A stretch of DNA of 56,676 bases from Chiloscyllium plagiosum. Taxonomy: Eukaryota. Both the position numbers and the translations under genes were made by a program. Shown here piece by piece: positions 36,527 to 49,334 of this stretch. How positions within the stretch are numbered: position 1 is the stretch's first letter; each line of letters begins with the position of its first letter. Under the pieces are notes generated by a model, which saw nothing but the letters and a program-made list of their open reading frames with translations, was not told where the DNA came from and made no database searches. Location: assembly GCF_004010195.1 (NCBI RefSeq), contig NC_057749.1, positions 21,965,998 to 22,022,673 on the forward strand, in the 5' to 3' direction.

Positions 36527-37315
36527 CGAGATGCTGCATTTTGGAAAGGTAACTCAGAGCAGGACTTACACACTTAATGGTAAGGTCCTAGAGAGTGTTG
36601 CTGAACAAAGAGACCTTGGAGTGCAGGTTTGTGGTTCCTTGTAAGTGGAGTTGCAGGTAGATAGGATAGTGAAGATGGTGTTTGGTATGCTTTCCTTTAT
36701 TAGTCAGAGTATTGAGTACAGGAGTTGGGAGGTCATGTTGTGGCTGTACAGGACATTGGTTTAGCCCACTTTGGAATATTGCGTGCAATTCTGGTCTCCT
36801 TCCTATCAGAAGGATATTGTGAAACTTGAAACGTTTCAGAAAAGATTTACAAGGATGTTGCCAGGGTTAGAGGATTTGAGCTAAAGGGAGAGGCTGAATA
36901 GACTGGGGCTGTTTTCCCTGGAGCGTCGAAGGCTGAGGGGTGACCTTATAGAGGTTTATAAAGTCATGAGGGGCATAGATAGGATAAATAGACAAAGTAT
37001 TTCCCTGGGGTGGGGGTGTCCAGAACTAGAGGGCATAGGTTTAGGGTGATAGGGGAAAGATATAAAAGGGACCTAAGTGGCAAATTTTCACACAGAGGGT
37101 GGTGTGTGTATGGAATAAGCTGCCAGAGGAAGTGGTGGAGGCTGGTACACTTACAACATTTAAAAGGCATCTGGATGGGTAATAGAATAGAAAGGGTTTA
37201 GACAGATATGGGCCACATGCTGGCAAATGGGACTAGATTAGGTTAGGATATCGGGTCAGCATGGATGAGATGGACCAAAGGATCTGTTTCTGCACTGTAC
37301 ATCTCAATGACTCCA
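36527..37315 (+). mobile_element. CR1 3' ~790 bp
   Basis: Near reverse complement of 1-547 and 15828-16600; ends GTACATCTCAATGACTCCAT. Confidence 0.95.
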
Positions 37316-37679
37316 TAAGTAATTAGGAAAGTGACCAGTATGATATCACTCGTTGTGAGCAGAAGTAAATAAAAACGTGAGAAGAATCTGTTTCAGTAGC
37401 TGCAGTAATGCACACAGTGTTGGTTACCTTACTTAAGGAAGCATGTGAACGTGTCAGAAGATTTCCTGGATTCTTGTTAAGCAAAGGAGTGAAATGCCAT
37501 TGAGACAGGCAGGAATGCAGATTGGACTTATCGATCAGATATGATCATATTGACTAGCAGAGCAGTCTCAAGGGGCTGAATGGCCTACTCCTGCTCTTTA
37601 TCCATATATTTGTAGGTTATTTTGTTATGGCTCATATTCCCTGTATTTTAACAGACCCTATTTACACTGTAGGCCGCTC

Positions 37680-38045
37680 TTCATAAAGTCATACAGCATG
37701 GAAACAGACCCTTCGGGTCAACCAGTCCGTGCCGAACATAATTCCAATCTAAAGTGGTCCCACCTGCCTGCACGTGGCCCATCTACCTCCAAATCCTTTC
37801 CTATTCGTGTATTTAACTAAGTGTCTTTTAAACGTGGTAACTGGACCAGCATCCAACACTTCCTCAGGAAGTTCATTCCACACGTGAACCACGCTCTGCG
37901 TAAAAAAAAAGTGGCCCCTCGTGTCTTTTTTAAGTCTCTCTCCTTTCACCTTAAAAATATGCCCAGTCTTGAGCTCCCCTATTCCGGGGGAAAGAAACCT
38001 ACCGTTAACCAATCAATGTTCTCTTATGAATTTATAAACCCCTAT
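37680..38045 (-). mobile_element. CR1 3' end
   Basis: FKVKGERLKKDTRGHFFFTQSVVHVWNELPEEV. Confidence 0.92.
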
Positions 38046-38119
38046 CACTAATGACATAATGCCATAGGAATAATGTCTAGGTGGCCACTTTTATAACCAG
38101 CACTCTATCTCGTGCACTG

Positions 38120-39420
38120 AGAAAAAACACCCCATTTAAGGCTAAAATTACTCAGATTTATCCTTTTCATGTATATCTACATTGATATCCATTTACCACA
38201 GCTTTGCATGCTCTCTCTAATCTATCAAAGTCTCTTTGTAATTTTATGCTCCTGTCTACATTACTTACAATGCCACCGATCTTTGTGTCATTGGTAAACG
38301 TGGATATATGACTATCTATTGTGTTATCTCAGTTCATAATAAATAGAGTGAATAACTGATGCCCCAGCACAGATCCTTGTGGGACATCATCATTTACTTC
38401 CTGACTTCAAACATATAAGGAACCTCCTAACCAGGTCAATAAAATGCCTGAATTTTTTTATTTACCAGTCTCTTATGCAGAACTTTAATATGTGCCATTC
38501 AGAAATTCACATCAGTAACACCTAGACATTCCATTATCTCCAACTACAGGCAAAGATTCAATTAGGTTAGCTTGACCTGCCCTTTATGTTAGCTCTCTCT
38601 CATTAGTTCACATTCCTCTCAGTGCTCAGCCGCCTTTGTCCTTAATTACGTATCCAATAACTTCCTTGCAAGTGACGTAGCAAGCCTGTAATTAATTATT
38701 CCCTGGTTTCTTGAATTCATCATAGAGTCATAAGTGCAGAAGAGGGCGTTCAGCCCATTGAGTCTGCACCAACATGTGACAAACCTGACCTTCACCCTAA
38801 TCCCATTTCCCGGCACTTGACCCATAGCCATGAATGTTATGGTGTGCTTATCCAGGTACTTTTTAAAGGATGTGAGACAACCCACCTCCACCGCCCTCCC
38901 AGGCAGCTCATTCTCAATTGTCACCACCCTCTAGGCGAAAATCATTTTTCTCACATCCTCCCTAAACCTCCTGCCCCTCACCTTGAACCTGCGTTCCCCT
39001 GTGACTGACCCTTCAACAAAGGCGGACAGCTGCTCCTTATCCATTCTGAACAAGCCACCTATAATCTTGTTCACCTCAATCTGATCACCACTCAGCCTTC
39101 TTTGCATCGAGGAAAACAGCGCAAACCTATCCAATCTTTCCTCATGGCTCAAACTTACCGTCCCAACCCGAGGAGTCCACTCTCCACCCCCTCCAGTCTC
39201 TTTCATCTTACTTAAGTGACAGTGTTGCATTCATAATTTATCCTTCCAAAGACATGACTCCTGGATCGTAAAACCTTTGGAAGATTGCAGCTAAAGCATC
39301 CACAATCCCTTCACCTACTTCCTTTGAAACCCTGCAGTGGAAACTATCAGACCCTGAGGATTTGGGTATTATGATATTTTTTTCCCCGTTCTTGAATCTT
39401 CTTGCAGAAGTCACCTTTTG
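38120..39420 (-). mobile_element. Old CR1 RT region with a nested younger CR1 3' end (~38718-39150)
   Basis: Minus strand VPQGSVLG (38363-38385), ISTFTNDTK (~38280-38310), KEVGEGIVDALAAIFQ (~39280-39325); nested RLSGDQIEVNKI. Confidence 0.78.
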
Positions 39421-40173
39421 TGAGCTCCAGTTATTGACAGGGAATTGTTTTCCCTGGAATAGGAAGACTGTCACAATAATTGCTCATTGAATTGGCCAAT
39501 CCTTTGTTAACGCAGAGCGGGGAAATGACTCTATTTATCATATCAGCTCCTCGAAAGAGCGAATCCAATTAGTTTCACGAACCAGCACTTTCCCCATGGC
39601 CTTTGCAATTTTCTTTTTCATTTTCAATGTATCCAATCCATTTTTAATTGCTTCCTGCACCTGAATGTTAATTCTTCTTGTGATTTGTGAATAATCCAAA
39701 ACATTGGATAGTCTCTAACATTTCTTTTTAAAAGTACAATTTTTCTACTCTTCTTTCCAAAGTGGATGGTTTCAAAGCTCCCCGCATGCTACTCCTTGAG
39801 ACTTCTTCTAGGTTTTAATGAATGATTGGTATAACGTCATCCATTTGTAACCAATTCCTCTTGTAAATAAAGCCAAAGATTCCATCTGGAATTTGAACAC
39901 TTTCCCAACTTGTTCTGTCACATTGGAAGATCTGTGGATAAATGCATCAATAATGTCTCTCTGCTGCTGCCCCTCTCTTTCAAAATTGGACCATATGATT
40001 CATCTCATCATTTCTCAGTTATCCCACCTGAATGCAATTCTTCAAACTCTTTGTATGAAACCTCATCTCTCATGTGTCTATTCAGTTCCCTAGACTCTTC
40101 ATCCTGTAATGGTAATTTTGGAGGTGATGGGGTGAGAAGGGAAATATGAAACATCCCCATCTGTGTTTCCATA

Positions 40174-40518
40174 AATCATAGAATCCCTGCAGTGTGGAAG
40201 CAGGTCATTCAGCCCATCAGGTCCACACTGACCCTCCAAAGAGCATCCCACCCAGACTCAGCCCCGTACCCTATTCCTGCATTTCCCAAGGCCTACTCAC
40301 CTAGCCTGCACATCCCTGGATGCTATAGGGCAATCTAACATGGCCAATCCACCTAACCTGCACATCTTTGGACTGTAGGAGGAAACCAGAGCACCCAGAG
40401 GAAACCCACGCGGACACAGGGAGAATGTGCAAACTCCACACAGACAGTCAGCTGAGGCTGGAATTGAACCCAGGTCCCTGATGCTGTGAGGCAGCAGTGC
40501 TAACCACTGAGCCACCAT
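40174..40518 (-). mobile_element. HE1-type V-SINE, full length
   Basis: Tail, V-domain and head on minus strand. Confidence 0.93.
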
Positions 40519-40905
40519 GTGGGGGAATGCAATCCAAGGTGCGATGGCTGACCACCGACTGTGGTGGACAGGACATTTAATGGGGGCAATTGGCCCCTAG
40601 TCAAAATAGATCACAATATTTCTGATGGCTGACTGGGAAATGGGTTGGAGGTGGTCTCTCAGTGGGAATTCTGATCTCAGTCCAAAACAAGATCTCACAT
40701 AAACCAGCTATTAATCTTTGAATTGCAGTGCCCAGGTTTCCCTGAGCAGCCACTTCTTGAAGACTGTCTCTACGAATCTGGCTGCAAAGTCCTCCACAAC
40801 CCTCTGAGTGAAGAAGACTCCATGAAGCATCACAATCATAGCTGTTGCTGCTCCCCCTCAGTAGTTCACACCTCGTGTCCAGCATTAAGCACACCTTCCC
40901 CCGAC

Positions 40906-41708
40906 TTGATTTGATTTGATTTGATTTATTATTGTCACATGTACCTACGTACAGTGAAAAGTTTTGTTTTGAGTGCAGTACAGACAGATTATACCATACA
41001 AAGTGCATCAAGGTAACGGAGCAGAGTGAGGAATACAACGTTACACTGCAGAGGAGGTGCACCAAGAGTGAGATCAATATTAGATTTAAAATGTGCGAGG
41101 TCCATTCAGAAGTCAAATAACAGCGGGGAAGAAGCTGTCCTTGAATCTGTTGGTCCGTGTTTTAAAGCTTCTGCCCAATGGAAGAGATTAGATTAGATTA
41201 CATTACAGTGTGGAAACAGGCCCTTCGGCCCAACAAGTCCACACCGACCCGCCGAAGCACTTACCTAACACTACGGGCAATTTAGCGTGGCCAATTCCCC
41301 TGACCTGCACATCTTTGGATGGTGGGAGGAAACCGGAGCACTCGGAGGAAACCCACGCAGACACGGGAAGAACGTGTAAACTCCACACAGTCAGTCGCCT
41401 GAGGCGGGAATTGAACCCGGGTCTCTGGCGCTGTGAGGCAGCAGTGCTAACCATGCCGCCCACGGTTGGGAGAGGTTGGGAGAGATTATAATCGGATGTG
41501 GGAGGGGTCTTTGATGATGTTGGCTGCCTTCCCAAGGCAAAGGGAAGTGTGGATGGAGTCAATGGATGGAAGGTCGGTTTGTGTAATGGACTGGGGCTGT
41601 GTTCACAACTCTCTGTAGTTGCTTACAGTCCTGGGCAGAGCAATTGCTCCAGATAGAATGCTTTCCGTGACACATCTGTAAAAGTCGGTGAGAATCGTTA
41701 TGGACATG
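40906..41708 (-). mobile_element. Rex1/Babar-type LINE 3' end with (TCAAA)n tail, interrupted by an HE1 SINE
   Basis: TTGATTTGATTTGATTTGATTTATT tail; SAQDCKQLQRVVNTA; homologous to 25808-26262. Confidence 0.82.
41186..41461 (-). mobile_element. HE1-type V-SINE nested in the Rex/Babar LINE
   Basis: (GATTA)n tail, V-domain and head. Confidence 0.93.
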
Positions 41709-42994
41709 GCTTGGACTCCCCCCGCCATTCCTAAATGATAGCACTCTCTGAGGCAGCTTCCAATATGTCCAGCTCTGGGAAGACTACATCTGATGGTCCA
41801 CTATGACCAGTTCCAGATTCCTGACTGATGCGAGAGGCTGCCATCAAAGATCTCAGCCACCTGGAACCAACAGCGCGGTCTAACCCCTGAAGTCCAGTAC
41901 TACACATTCCATTGTGAACTGCATTTCCAAAATTTATGCCATCTTCAAAGATTGGAATCTCACCCTGTGCTCAAGTCTAATCATTAAGACCAGTGCAGCG
42001 ACCCTAATCCCAGTCCCTGGGGAATGCCACTATATATTTCTCTCCAGTCTGATAACTGACTGCTCAACATTGCTCTCCAGTTTTTTTGTCCATTGGAGAA
42101 TTTAGAATCCACCCTGTGACTGCCTCCTTAATGTTGATTTTGCTAATATGCGTGATAATTTATAAATGGCTTTTTTGAAATCTTGGTACCCACCATCAAC
42201 CCACAGGTTGGTCAAGAGTCAGGCTCTGAGGATTATGGGCTACCCAGCTACAGGTCACACTCTTCTGCCTCTGACACTCCACTTAACCCAAGATCAGTGA
42301 CGACCTCCAGCAATGAAGTACCCAGGTAAATTCTCCTCCTCACTGATGCCCCACGATGACTTGAATTACAACTCTGAGCTGAATCTGCTCAAACTGCAGT
42401 CTCTGGATGCAGCTGTCAGGTATTGGGTCATATCCCACAAGCCCCCACCATTAAGTGACATTAAGGGATATGCTTGTCATACCCCACAAGCATTAAGTGA
42501 CATTCCAGCTTCCTTGCCACATCTGTCTAATTTTCTTTGTTTGATTACTTTACTATTTCAGTAATTAGTTAGCTAAAGTATTAACAGTCTCCTAAATTTA
42601 AAAAAAAGGTAAAACAAAAAGTTTAAAAGACACACCTTAGTCTCCCTCTGTTTCAGACTCTGCAGAGGAATTGAATCAATCCCGTTCTATCTCTGTATCC
42701 TACGTGTTTATTTCTCACATGTTCCCGTCTAATTTCCTATGCTCCAACCACCATGATGGACACTGAATTCCAGATCATTATCTTTGATCGAGTTAAAACT
42801 TTTTTCCTCACATCTCTCCTGTCTCTTTTGGCCAATATCTTAAATCTGTGACCCCCTCGTCCTCAGATAATGGGAACAGTTTCTGTCTACTTTGTCTAAA
42901 CTTGTTGTTATCTGTACATCTCAATCAAATCTCCCATCAATCTCCATTGCTCCGAAGAGAACATTCCCAGTTTTCCCAATCAAACCATTTTGCT

Positions 42995-43300
42995 CAAATT
43001 CCCCATTCCCAGGAACCAAATGCCCCATTCCCAGGAGCCAAACTCCCCATTCCCAGGAAAAAAATATCCCCATTCCCAGGAGCCAAATTCCTTATTCCCA
43101 GGAAAAAAACTCCCCATTACTAGAAACCAAATTTCCCATTCCCAGGAAAAAAATCCCCAATCCCAGGAACCAAATTCTCCGTTCCGAGGAACCAAACTGC
43201 CCATTCCCAGGAAAAAAATCTCCAATCCCAGGAACTAAATTTGCCATTCTGAGGGACCACACCCCCCATTCCCAGGAAAACAATTCCCCATTCCCAGGAG
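42995..43300. repeat. ~21-22-bp minisatellite, about 14 units
   Basis: Unit approximately AAATTCCCCATTCCCAGGAA(CC/AA). Confidence 0.93.
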
Positions 43301-43346
43301 TTGTGTTTGAAGACCCCCACCTTGTTCGTAAGATGACCTCCCTTTA

Positions 43347-43544
43347 CAGTCGGTGCTGCTATAATGCGAATTGACTTTAACACAATTGAAAAATTTAGAC
43401 CGTTATTTTCGAATGATCCTTACCCTGTATTGGCTATAAAGAGATTCCTGTCCCATTAGTTAAAATGGCACGGATATTGCACAATTTTCTTATAATGCAA
43501 GATTGCATGAGAACGGAACTATTGCATTATATCAGAACCGACTG
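43347..43544. mobile_element. Tc1/mariner (Tigger-like) MITE, 198 bp
   Basis: TIRs CAGTCGGTGCTGCTATAATGCG / TGCATTATATCAGAACCGACTG with TA on both sides. Confidence 0.88.
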
Positions 43545-44084
43545 TATATAATTCCTTTTTACTCTGTTTGTAACTCAAAATGGCGCCAGATTGAGGCAAC
43601 ATAAAGGACTTTCACTGCATCTTTCTCGATAAATATGACAATAAGTAACTCATTAATCACACATGACCATTGTGGTCCATTTCCTCTTCACCCCCTCAAA
43701 AGACTCTTTCCTCTGGCAATCAGAATTGGCGGTCCTCACTTTTCCCAATCAGAATTGGACACAATTCTCCAGTTTGTGGTCTAACTAGAACTGCTGCAGT
43801 ACCCGGAGGTGCTGGTGGAGTCGGCTTTGGTGAGGTCCAGCGAGGAGTCATAGTGCTGAGGGGATTGGCGGAGGTTAGACGGTGCTGAAGCCTGGCAACT
43901 TTAATTCCAATGGCGGTGGTGCAGTGAAGGGGACTTGGCCTAGCCATCAGGCCCAGGGCCCATTGTGAAACAGTTAACTAGAAGCTGTGACCCCAACTCC
44001 AGAAAGCTGACCACAGCACAGTGTAGACAACGCTCAATGGGAAAGCGATAGTGAGGAAAATGGTCGTTGTTATCAGGGATTCGA

Positions 44085-44230
44085 AGAACATAGAACAATG
44101 CAGCACAGAACAGGCCCTTGGGCCCTTGATGTAGCACCGACCTGTGAACTAATCTAAGCCCATCCCCCTACACTATCCCATCATCATCCATATCTCATCC
44201 AAGGACTGTTTAAATGCCCCTAATGTTAGC
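44085..44230 (-). mobile_element. CR1 3' tail fragment
   Basis: AGAACATAGAACAATGCAGCACAGAACAGGCCC. Confidence 0.85.
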
Positions 44231-44515
44231 GAGTTTTGAGAAGATTTGTAGCTTAGAGGTTCTGGATTACGTTTGCTTATTGAGCTGGAAGGTTCATTTC
44301 CAGATATTTCGTAACCATACTAGATAATATCTTCAATGAGCCTCCGGACGAAGCACTGCTGCTGTTTCCTGCTTTCTGTTTATATGTTTGGGTTACCTTG
44401 GGTTGATGATGTTATTTCCTGTGGTGACATCATTGCCTATGGTGATCTCATTTCCTGTTCTTTTTCTCAGGGGATGGTAAATGGGATCCAAGTCAACGTG
44501 TTTGTTGATAGAGTT
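44230..44515 (-). mobile_element. Penelope terminal-repeat fragment
   Basis: GAGAAGATTTGTAGCT end shared with 7836-8184; decayed TTGAAGA...CGAAAT hammerhead-like motif at ~44305-44338 on minus strand. Confidence 0.75.
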
Positions 44516-44874
44516 TATCGTTTATCAATGGATCAATAACCGATGGAAAGATGGTAATTGTTGCGGTTAGAATGGAGTGTTCTAAAGGGTTTCTTTATTT
44601 TTCTGCCTTTATATTCTATGTTTTGGTTTATTTTTCTGTGTTTTAAGAGAGTAGTGACATTTCAACACGTTTCACTGTGTTTTGTAACAAGATAATAAAT
44701 AAATTAAACCAATCAAATAAATCTATAAAGGCTTGGCTTAACCTCTCTGTTTCCACTGAGAGACTCCCACTCTCACTAACCAACTTGGGATTGGCACTTG
44801 AGCTCCAAACTCCTGATATTTCATCTAATCACCACCCCCCCCCCCCCCCCTCCCTCCCTCCCCCCCCCTATAAG

Positions 44875-45215
44875 TTCATTCATGGGGTGTGTACGTCACT
44901 GGCTGAGTCAGAATTTATTGCCCATCGTTAATTGCCCAGAGGGCAGTTTAGAGTCAACCACGTTGCTGTGGGTCTGGAGTCACAGGTAGGCCAAACCAGA
45001 TAAGGATGGCCGTTTCCTTCCCTAAAGGGCATTAGTGAACCAGATGGGTTTTTTTTTCGACAATCATTTCATGGGCATCATTAGACGCTTAATTCCAGAT
45101 TTTATTGAATTCAAATTCCACTATTTGCCGTGGCAGGATTTGAACCGAGGTGCCCAGAATGTTATCTGGGTTTCTGGATTAACAGTCCAGCTATAATGCT
45201 ACTTGGGCGCCACCC
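44875..45215 (-). mobile_element. tRNA-headed SINE, second family
   Basis: Homologous to 12180-12542 over its whole length. Confidence 0.8.
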
Positions 45216-45334
45216 CCTGACTGTAGCAATTGGGTTTCTGAATTCCTTACCAGATACAAGGAGGTATGCCTTAGTCTGATGCCAAGATAACCTAATGTGT
45301 CGTGGTGAAATATCCTAATGAGCTGCGTCTCTGT

Positions 45335-45650
45335 TTGATTAGATTACTTATAGTGTGGAAACAGGCCCTTCGGTCCAACAAGTCCACACCGACCCTTCGG
45401 AGAGCAACCCACCCAGACCCATTTCCCTACATTTACCCCTTCACCTAACACTATGGGCAACTTAGCATGGCCAATTCACCTAACCTGCACATCTTTGGAC
45501 TGTGGGAGGAAACCGGAGCACCCGGAGGAAACCCACACAGACATGGGGAGAACGTGCAAACTCCACACAGACAGTTGCCTGAGGCGGGAATTGAACCCGG
45601 TTCTCTGACGCTGTGAGGCAGCAGTGCTAACCACTGTGCCACCGTGCTGC
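45335..45650 (-). mobile_element. HE1-type V-SINE, full length
   Basis: (GATTA)n tail through TAACCACTGTGCCACCGTGCTGC. Confidence 0.95.
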
Positions 45651-46521
45651 TGTTATATCAATGTTCGCTTCCCATAGCATAACTATAGATCACATGGTGC
45701 TGAAGAATTCCATGCACTTTTATTATAGCACCAGGTATCTACATATATACACCACAGTCACAGGTCCAGACTCAAGCTAAGCAATTTTTCTCTCAGCAGG
45801 ACATGCTGCAAGAGGACCCAGTAAGATGGAAACTGAGATCTTTGTATCATTGGGTCACATGCCATGATACTGTGATGGCATAATGAACATATCCCTTAAA
45901 GTTATTGCATATCTGCTACATATCCCTTAAAGTTATTGCATATCTGCTATGAGACCTAACACCACACACCCTTTAGAACACTCAATTTTTATTTTACTAT
46001 CTATCCATCGGTTATTAAATCCCTAATAACTACAACCACTTTCCTCTCTATCTCTTTTCGTTGGGCATGGCGTACACTGTGCTCTGGTCAGCTTGATGGA
46101 GTTGGGGCCACAGCTTTTGTATCATCATCGGGTACATCAGTTGTTTGTTTAATGTTACATATTGAGTCTGATTAATCACTCCTTATCCCCACCTCTGTCT
46201 ATTACACTCAACTCCTTTCTGCAAAGGCTCATTCATTCTTTCCAACAGGATCTAGTTCCAATCCAGTTCAGGTGCAGTATCTGTAAGAGCTCTTGTTCCA
46301 TATCGCCTCTTGGTTTTCTCACATGGTTGAATTCCAGTCAAGCTCCACTCCTGTACTTGCACTTAATACATTAATTCTCGGAAGGTGTCTGACACAGGCT
46401 GGGCCAGTATTTACTGTCCATCTCTTTGAGATCTGCCAATGACCCAAGCATCACATCAGGAGAGGACTGAGCCCTGTGAAATTCCTTCAGCAAACTTGTC
46501 TTCACTCTCATCGAGTCAATT

Positions 46522-46745
46522 CATGGAGTCATACAGCATGGAAACAACCCTTTGGTCCAACTAGTCTACATCGGCCATGTTCCCAAACTAAATTATTCCC
46601 ACTTGGCTAAATTTAGCCCCTATGCTTCCAAACCTTTCCTACTCATGTACTTATCTAAATGTCTTTTAAAGGTTGTAACTGCACCCGCTTCCAGCACTTC
46701 CTCTCTCTCACACACTCTCTATCAAAAGGTTGCCTGTCATTTTCT
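46522..46745 (-). mobile_element. CR1 3' end
   Basis: CATGGAGTCATACAGCATGGAAACA tail and 3'UTR. Confidence 0.88.
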
Positions 46746-47425
46746 TGAATCGCTGTTGTCCATTTGCTGTTCCAGAGGGAGTTTCAGAATTTTGACCCAG
46801 TTACAGTGAAGGAACGGCGATATGTTTCCAAGTCAGGATCGTGTGTGGCTCAGAGGGGAACTTGCAGGTGGTGGCGTTCCCATGTATCGGCTGCCCCTGT
46901 CCTTCTAGATGGTAGAAATTGTGAATTTGAAGCACACATTGTTTGGAGAGTGCTATTTATTGAGCCAAGTCACTGCTTCAGTGAAGGACAGACTCCTTGG
47001 TTGAACCCTGGATTAATCAGTATGAACCATGATGTTGGAAACCATAAGTACCCCGTGCGTAAACGAGATAGTTTGGTTCTCCCGCAAACATCAATAAAAC
47101 ATACTCCCAACCTGCTGCCATTGCGACTCTTTAGCTAATGATTAGTAATTTAGTCTTCATGTAATAGAATGCAAATGAACATCTTTATATGGTGTTAGAT
47201 TGATTCAAAATTAATTAGTGCTGTTTTTGTAGCATTGGTCCTCATTTATTATTTAAGCTAACCAATTATTTAACTAAATTTGGATCTCTCAACGTCGACA
47301 TCCAACACCTAATTTAAATTTCATTCGCTTTGAGCAATCAAAATATTTAATTCCTCTACCTAAATACTCAGCGACTTCACACTATTTCTTGAGTTCAAGA
47401 GAGACTTCTGTGAGAATCTCTGATG

Positions 47426-47865
47426 TAGAATCATAGAATCGCCACAGATGGAAGCAGGCCATTCGGCCCATCAGTCCTCACCTACCCTCCGAAGAGCATT
47501 CCATCCAGCCCCTCCCCCTTACCCTCTCCTTGTAACCCTGAATTTCCCATTTGTAACTCACCTAGCCTGCACATTCCTTGACACTGTGGGCATTTTAGCA
47601 TGACCAATCCATCCTGACCTATACATCTTTGTTAAAAATCACACAACACCAGGTTATAGTCCAACAGCCCAATTAAACCTGTTGGACTATAACCTGGTGT
47701 TGTGTGATTTTTAACTTTGTACACCCCAGTCCAACACTGGCATCTCCGAATCATATACATCTTTGGATTGTGAGAGGAAACAGGAGCACCCAGAGGAAAC
47801 CCATACAGACACGGGGAGAATTCCACACAGACAGTCGCCCAAGGGCGGAATCGAACCTGGATCAC
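47426..47865 (-). mobile_element. HE1 SINE interrupted by a palindromic Penelope-derived insert (~47631-47753)
   Basis: Insert arms GTTAAAAATCACACAACACCAGGTTATAGTCCAACAG and its exact reverse complement; flanking duplication TATACATCTTTG. Confidence 0.9.
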
Positions 47866-47869
47866 TTGC

Positions 47870-48218
47870 GCTTTGAGCCCACCTTATCCCAGTTCCAACC
47901 TTCCAACCCAGCACCGCCCTCTTGACCTCTCCTAACTGTCCATCTTCCTTCCCACCTAACCGCTCCACCCTCCTCTCCGACTTAATACCTTCACCCCAAC
48001 TTCATCGACCCATCGCATTCCCAGCTACCTTCCCCCCAGCCCCATTCCCCCTCCCATTTATCTCACAGCCCCCTTGGGCCAGCCTTCGTTCCTGATGAAG
48101 AGCTTATACTGAGAACGTCGATTCCGCTGCTCCTCGGATGCTGGCTGACCTGCTGTGATTCTCCAACACTACACTCTTCGACTCTGATCTCCAGCATCTG
48201 CAGTGCATACTCTCTCCC
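47870..48218 (+). mobile_element. Penelope 3' region/terminal repeat
   Basis: Starts like the end of 10190-11201 (TTATCCCAGTTCCAA) and continues into CTGATGAAGAGCTTATAC...CGTCGATTC, linking the short hammerhead elements to the GIY-YIG element. Confidence 0.85.
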
Positions 48219-48774
48219 AGGTGATTATAACCTTGCTGTGAGGCAGCAGTCTCTCTTGCTCTGATCTGAGGTGCAGTCATTCATCCTCGCCTTTTGTTTC
48301 CTGTCCCAATTTGTACCCATCTTGCCCCTGATCAAGTTCTTGTCGCTGAGATCTGATTGATTGTGCTAGTCCCGAGTCCCTCTGTGAACGGCATGATTTT
48401 GTGAAACCGCCTCCTTGCGATTGGTTGATTTGTCTTTCATTGATTCTCACAGCTTATCCTAAGCTCCCTTTGGCTGAATGCTGTCGATGTCGTGGTGAGC
48501 AATACGCTTGACCTCTCACCGTTTGTTCCGAACTGAGTAGACAAACTCTGCGACTCTGTACAACACCTGATCACTCCTCAGGAAACATCAAAAACCCTTC
48601 AGAAGCAATGACTTGCTTTAGCTGTCCAGGGGTTCATGGTGGTATATGGGACTATCATTTCCCGTAAACAGTTCTGTGATCAATGTCCAGCCACAGTTCT
48701 TCACTGACTGGATAGTGATCCTTTTCCTGATCGTCTAGTCTTTTAGGGCTCATTCACATATACACATTTAGGGC

Positions 48775-49180
48775 CGAACAGGCTGGGGCTGTTTACCCTG
48801 GAGACCTTATAGAGGTTTATAAAATCATCAGAGGCAAGGATAGAGTAAGTAGACAAGGTCTTATCCCTGGGGTAGGGAAATCAAAAACTAGCAGGCATAG
48901 GTCGAGGGTGAGAGGGGTAAGATTTAAAAGGGACCTAAGGGGCAACTTTTTCACGCAGAGGGTAGTGCATGTATGGAATAAGCTGCCAGAGGAAGTGGTG
49001 GAGGCTGGTACAATTGTAACATTTAAAAGGCACCTGGATGGGTATATGAAGAGGAAGGGTTTGGAGGGATATGGGCCAAGTGCTGGAAAATGGGACGAGA
49101 TTAATTTAGGATATCTGGTCAGCATGGACAAGTTGGACCAAAGGGTCTATTTCCATGTTGTACAACTCTCTGACTGTATG
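48775..49180 (+). mobile_element. CR1 3' end
   Basis: RFKRDLRGNFFTQRVVHVWNKLPEEVVEAGT. Confidence 0.93.
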
Positions 49181-49334
49181 ACTGTAGTTGGATCAGTCTC
49201 ATGTACTATGCATGTGTAAATAAAGGGCGACTTGGTGATGGGATACCGGCCTCTGTGGAGTTATTACAATATGTGCATGCATGTATTCCATACATTACTC
49301 ATTTATCGGCGCCAATGGCTGGAATTTACGCAAT

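Larger units (their letters stand above)
29830..37615 (+). mobile_element. Ancient, probably full-length CR1 (ORF1 zipper + esterase, ORF2 EN + RT) fragmented by nested insertions
   Basis: Collinear remnants: LEQPQL*VNKLEAE..IKESERRLD..EAVTP (~29930), AVGD (~30280), VMVHGCTNE (~30700), WCGRS.FQFMGH (~31185), FLNAQS (~32205), AITETWL (~32275), GKGGGVAL (~32445), GDFN (~32637), ILDLVLCN (~32980), PLFKK (~34512), IAKFAGDTK (~36190), 3' tail (~37545-37615). Confidence 0.82.

Noticed and set aside
40601..41116. 171-aa minus-strand ORF
   Set aside because: Runs through the 3'UTR and microsatellite tail of a Rex/Babar LINE; no protein-like features.
45888..45949. Exact 31-bp tandem duplication
   Set aside because: Ordinary local slippage duplication with no further structure.
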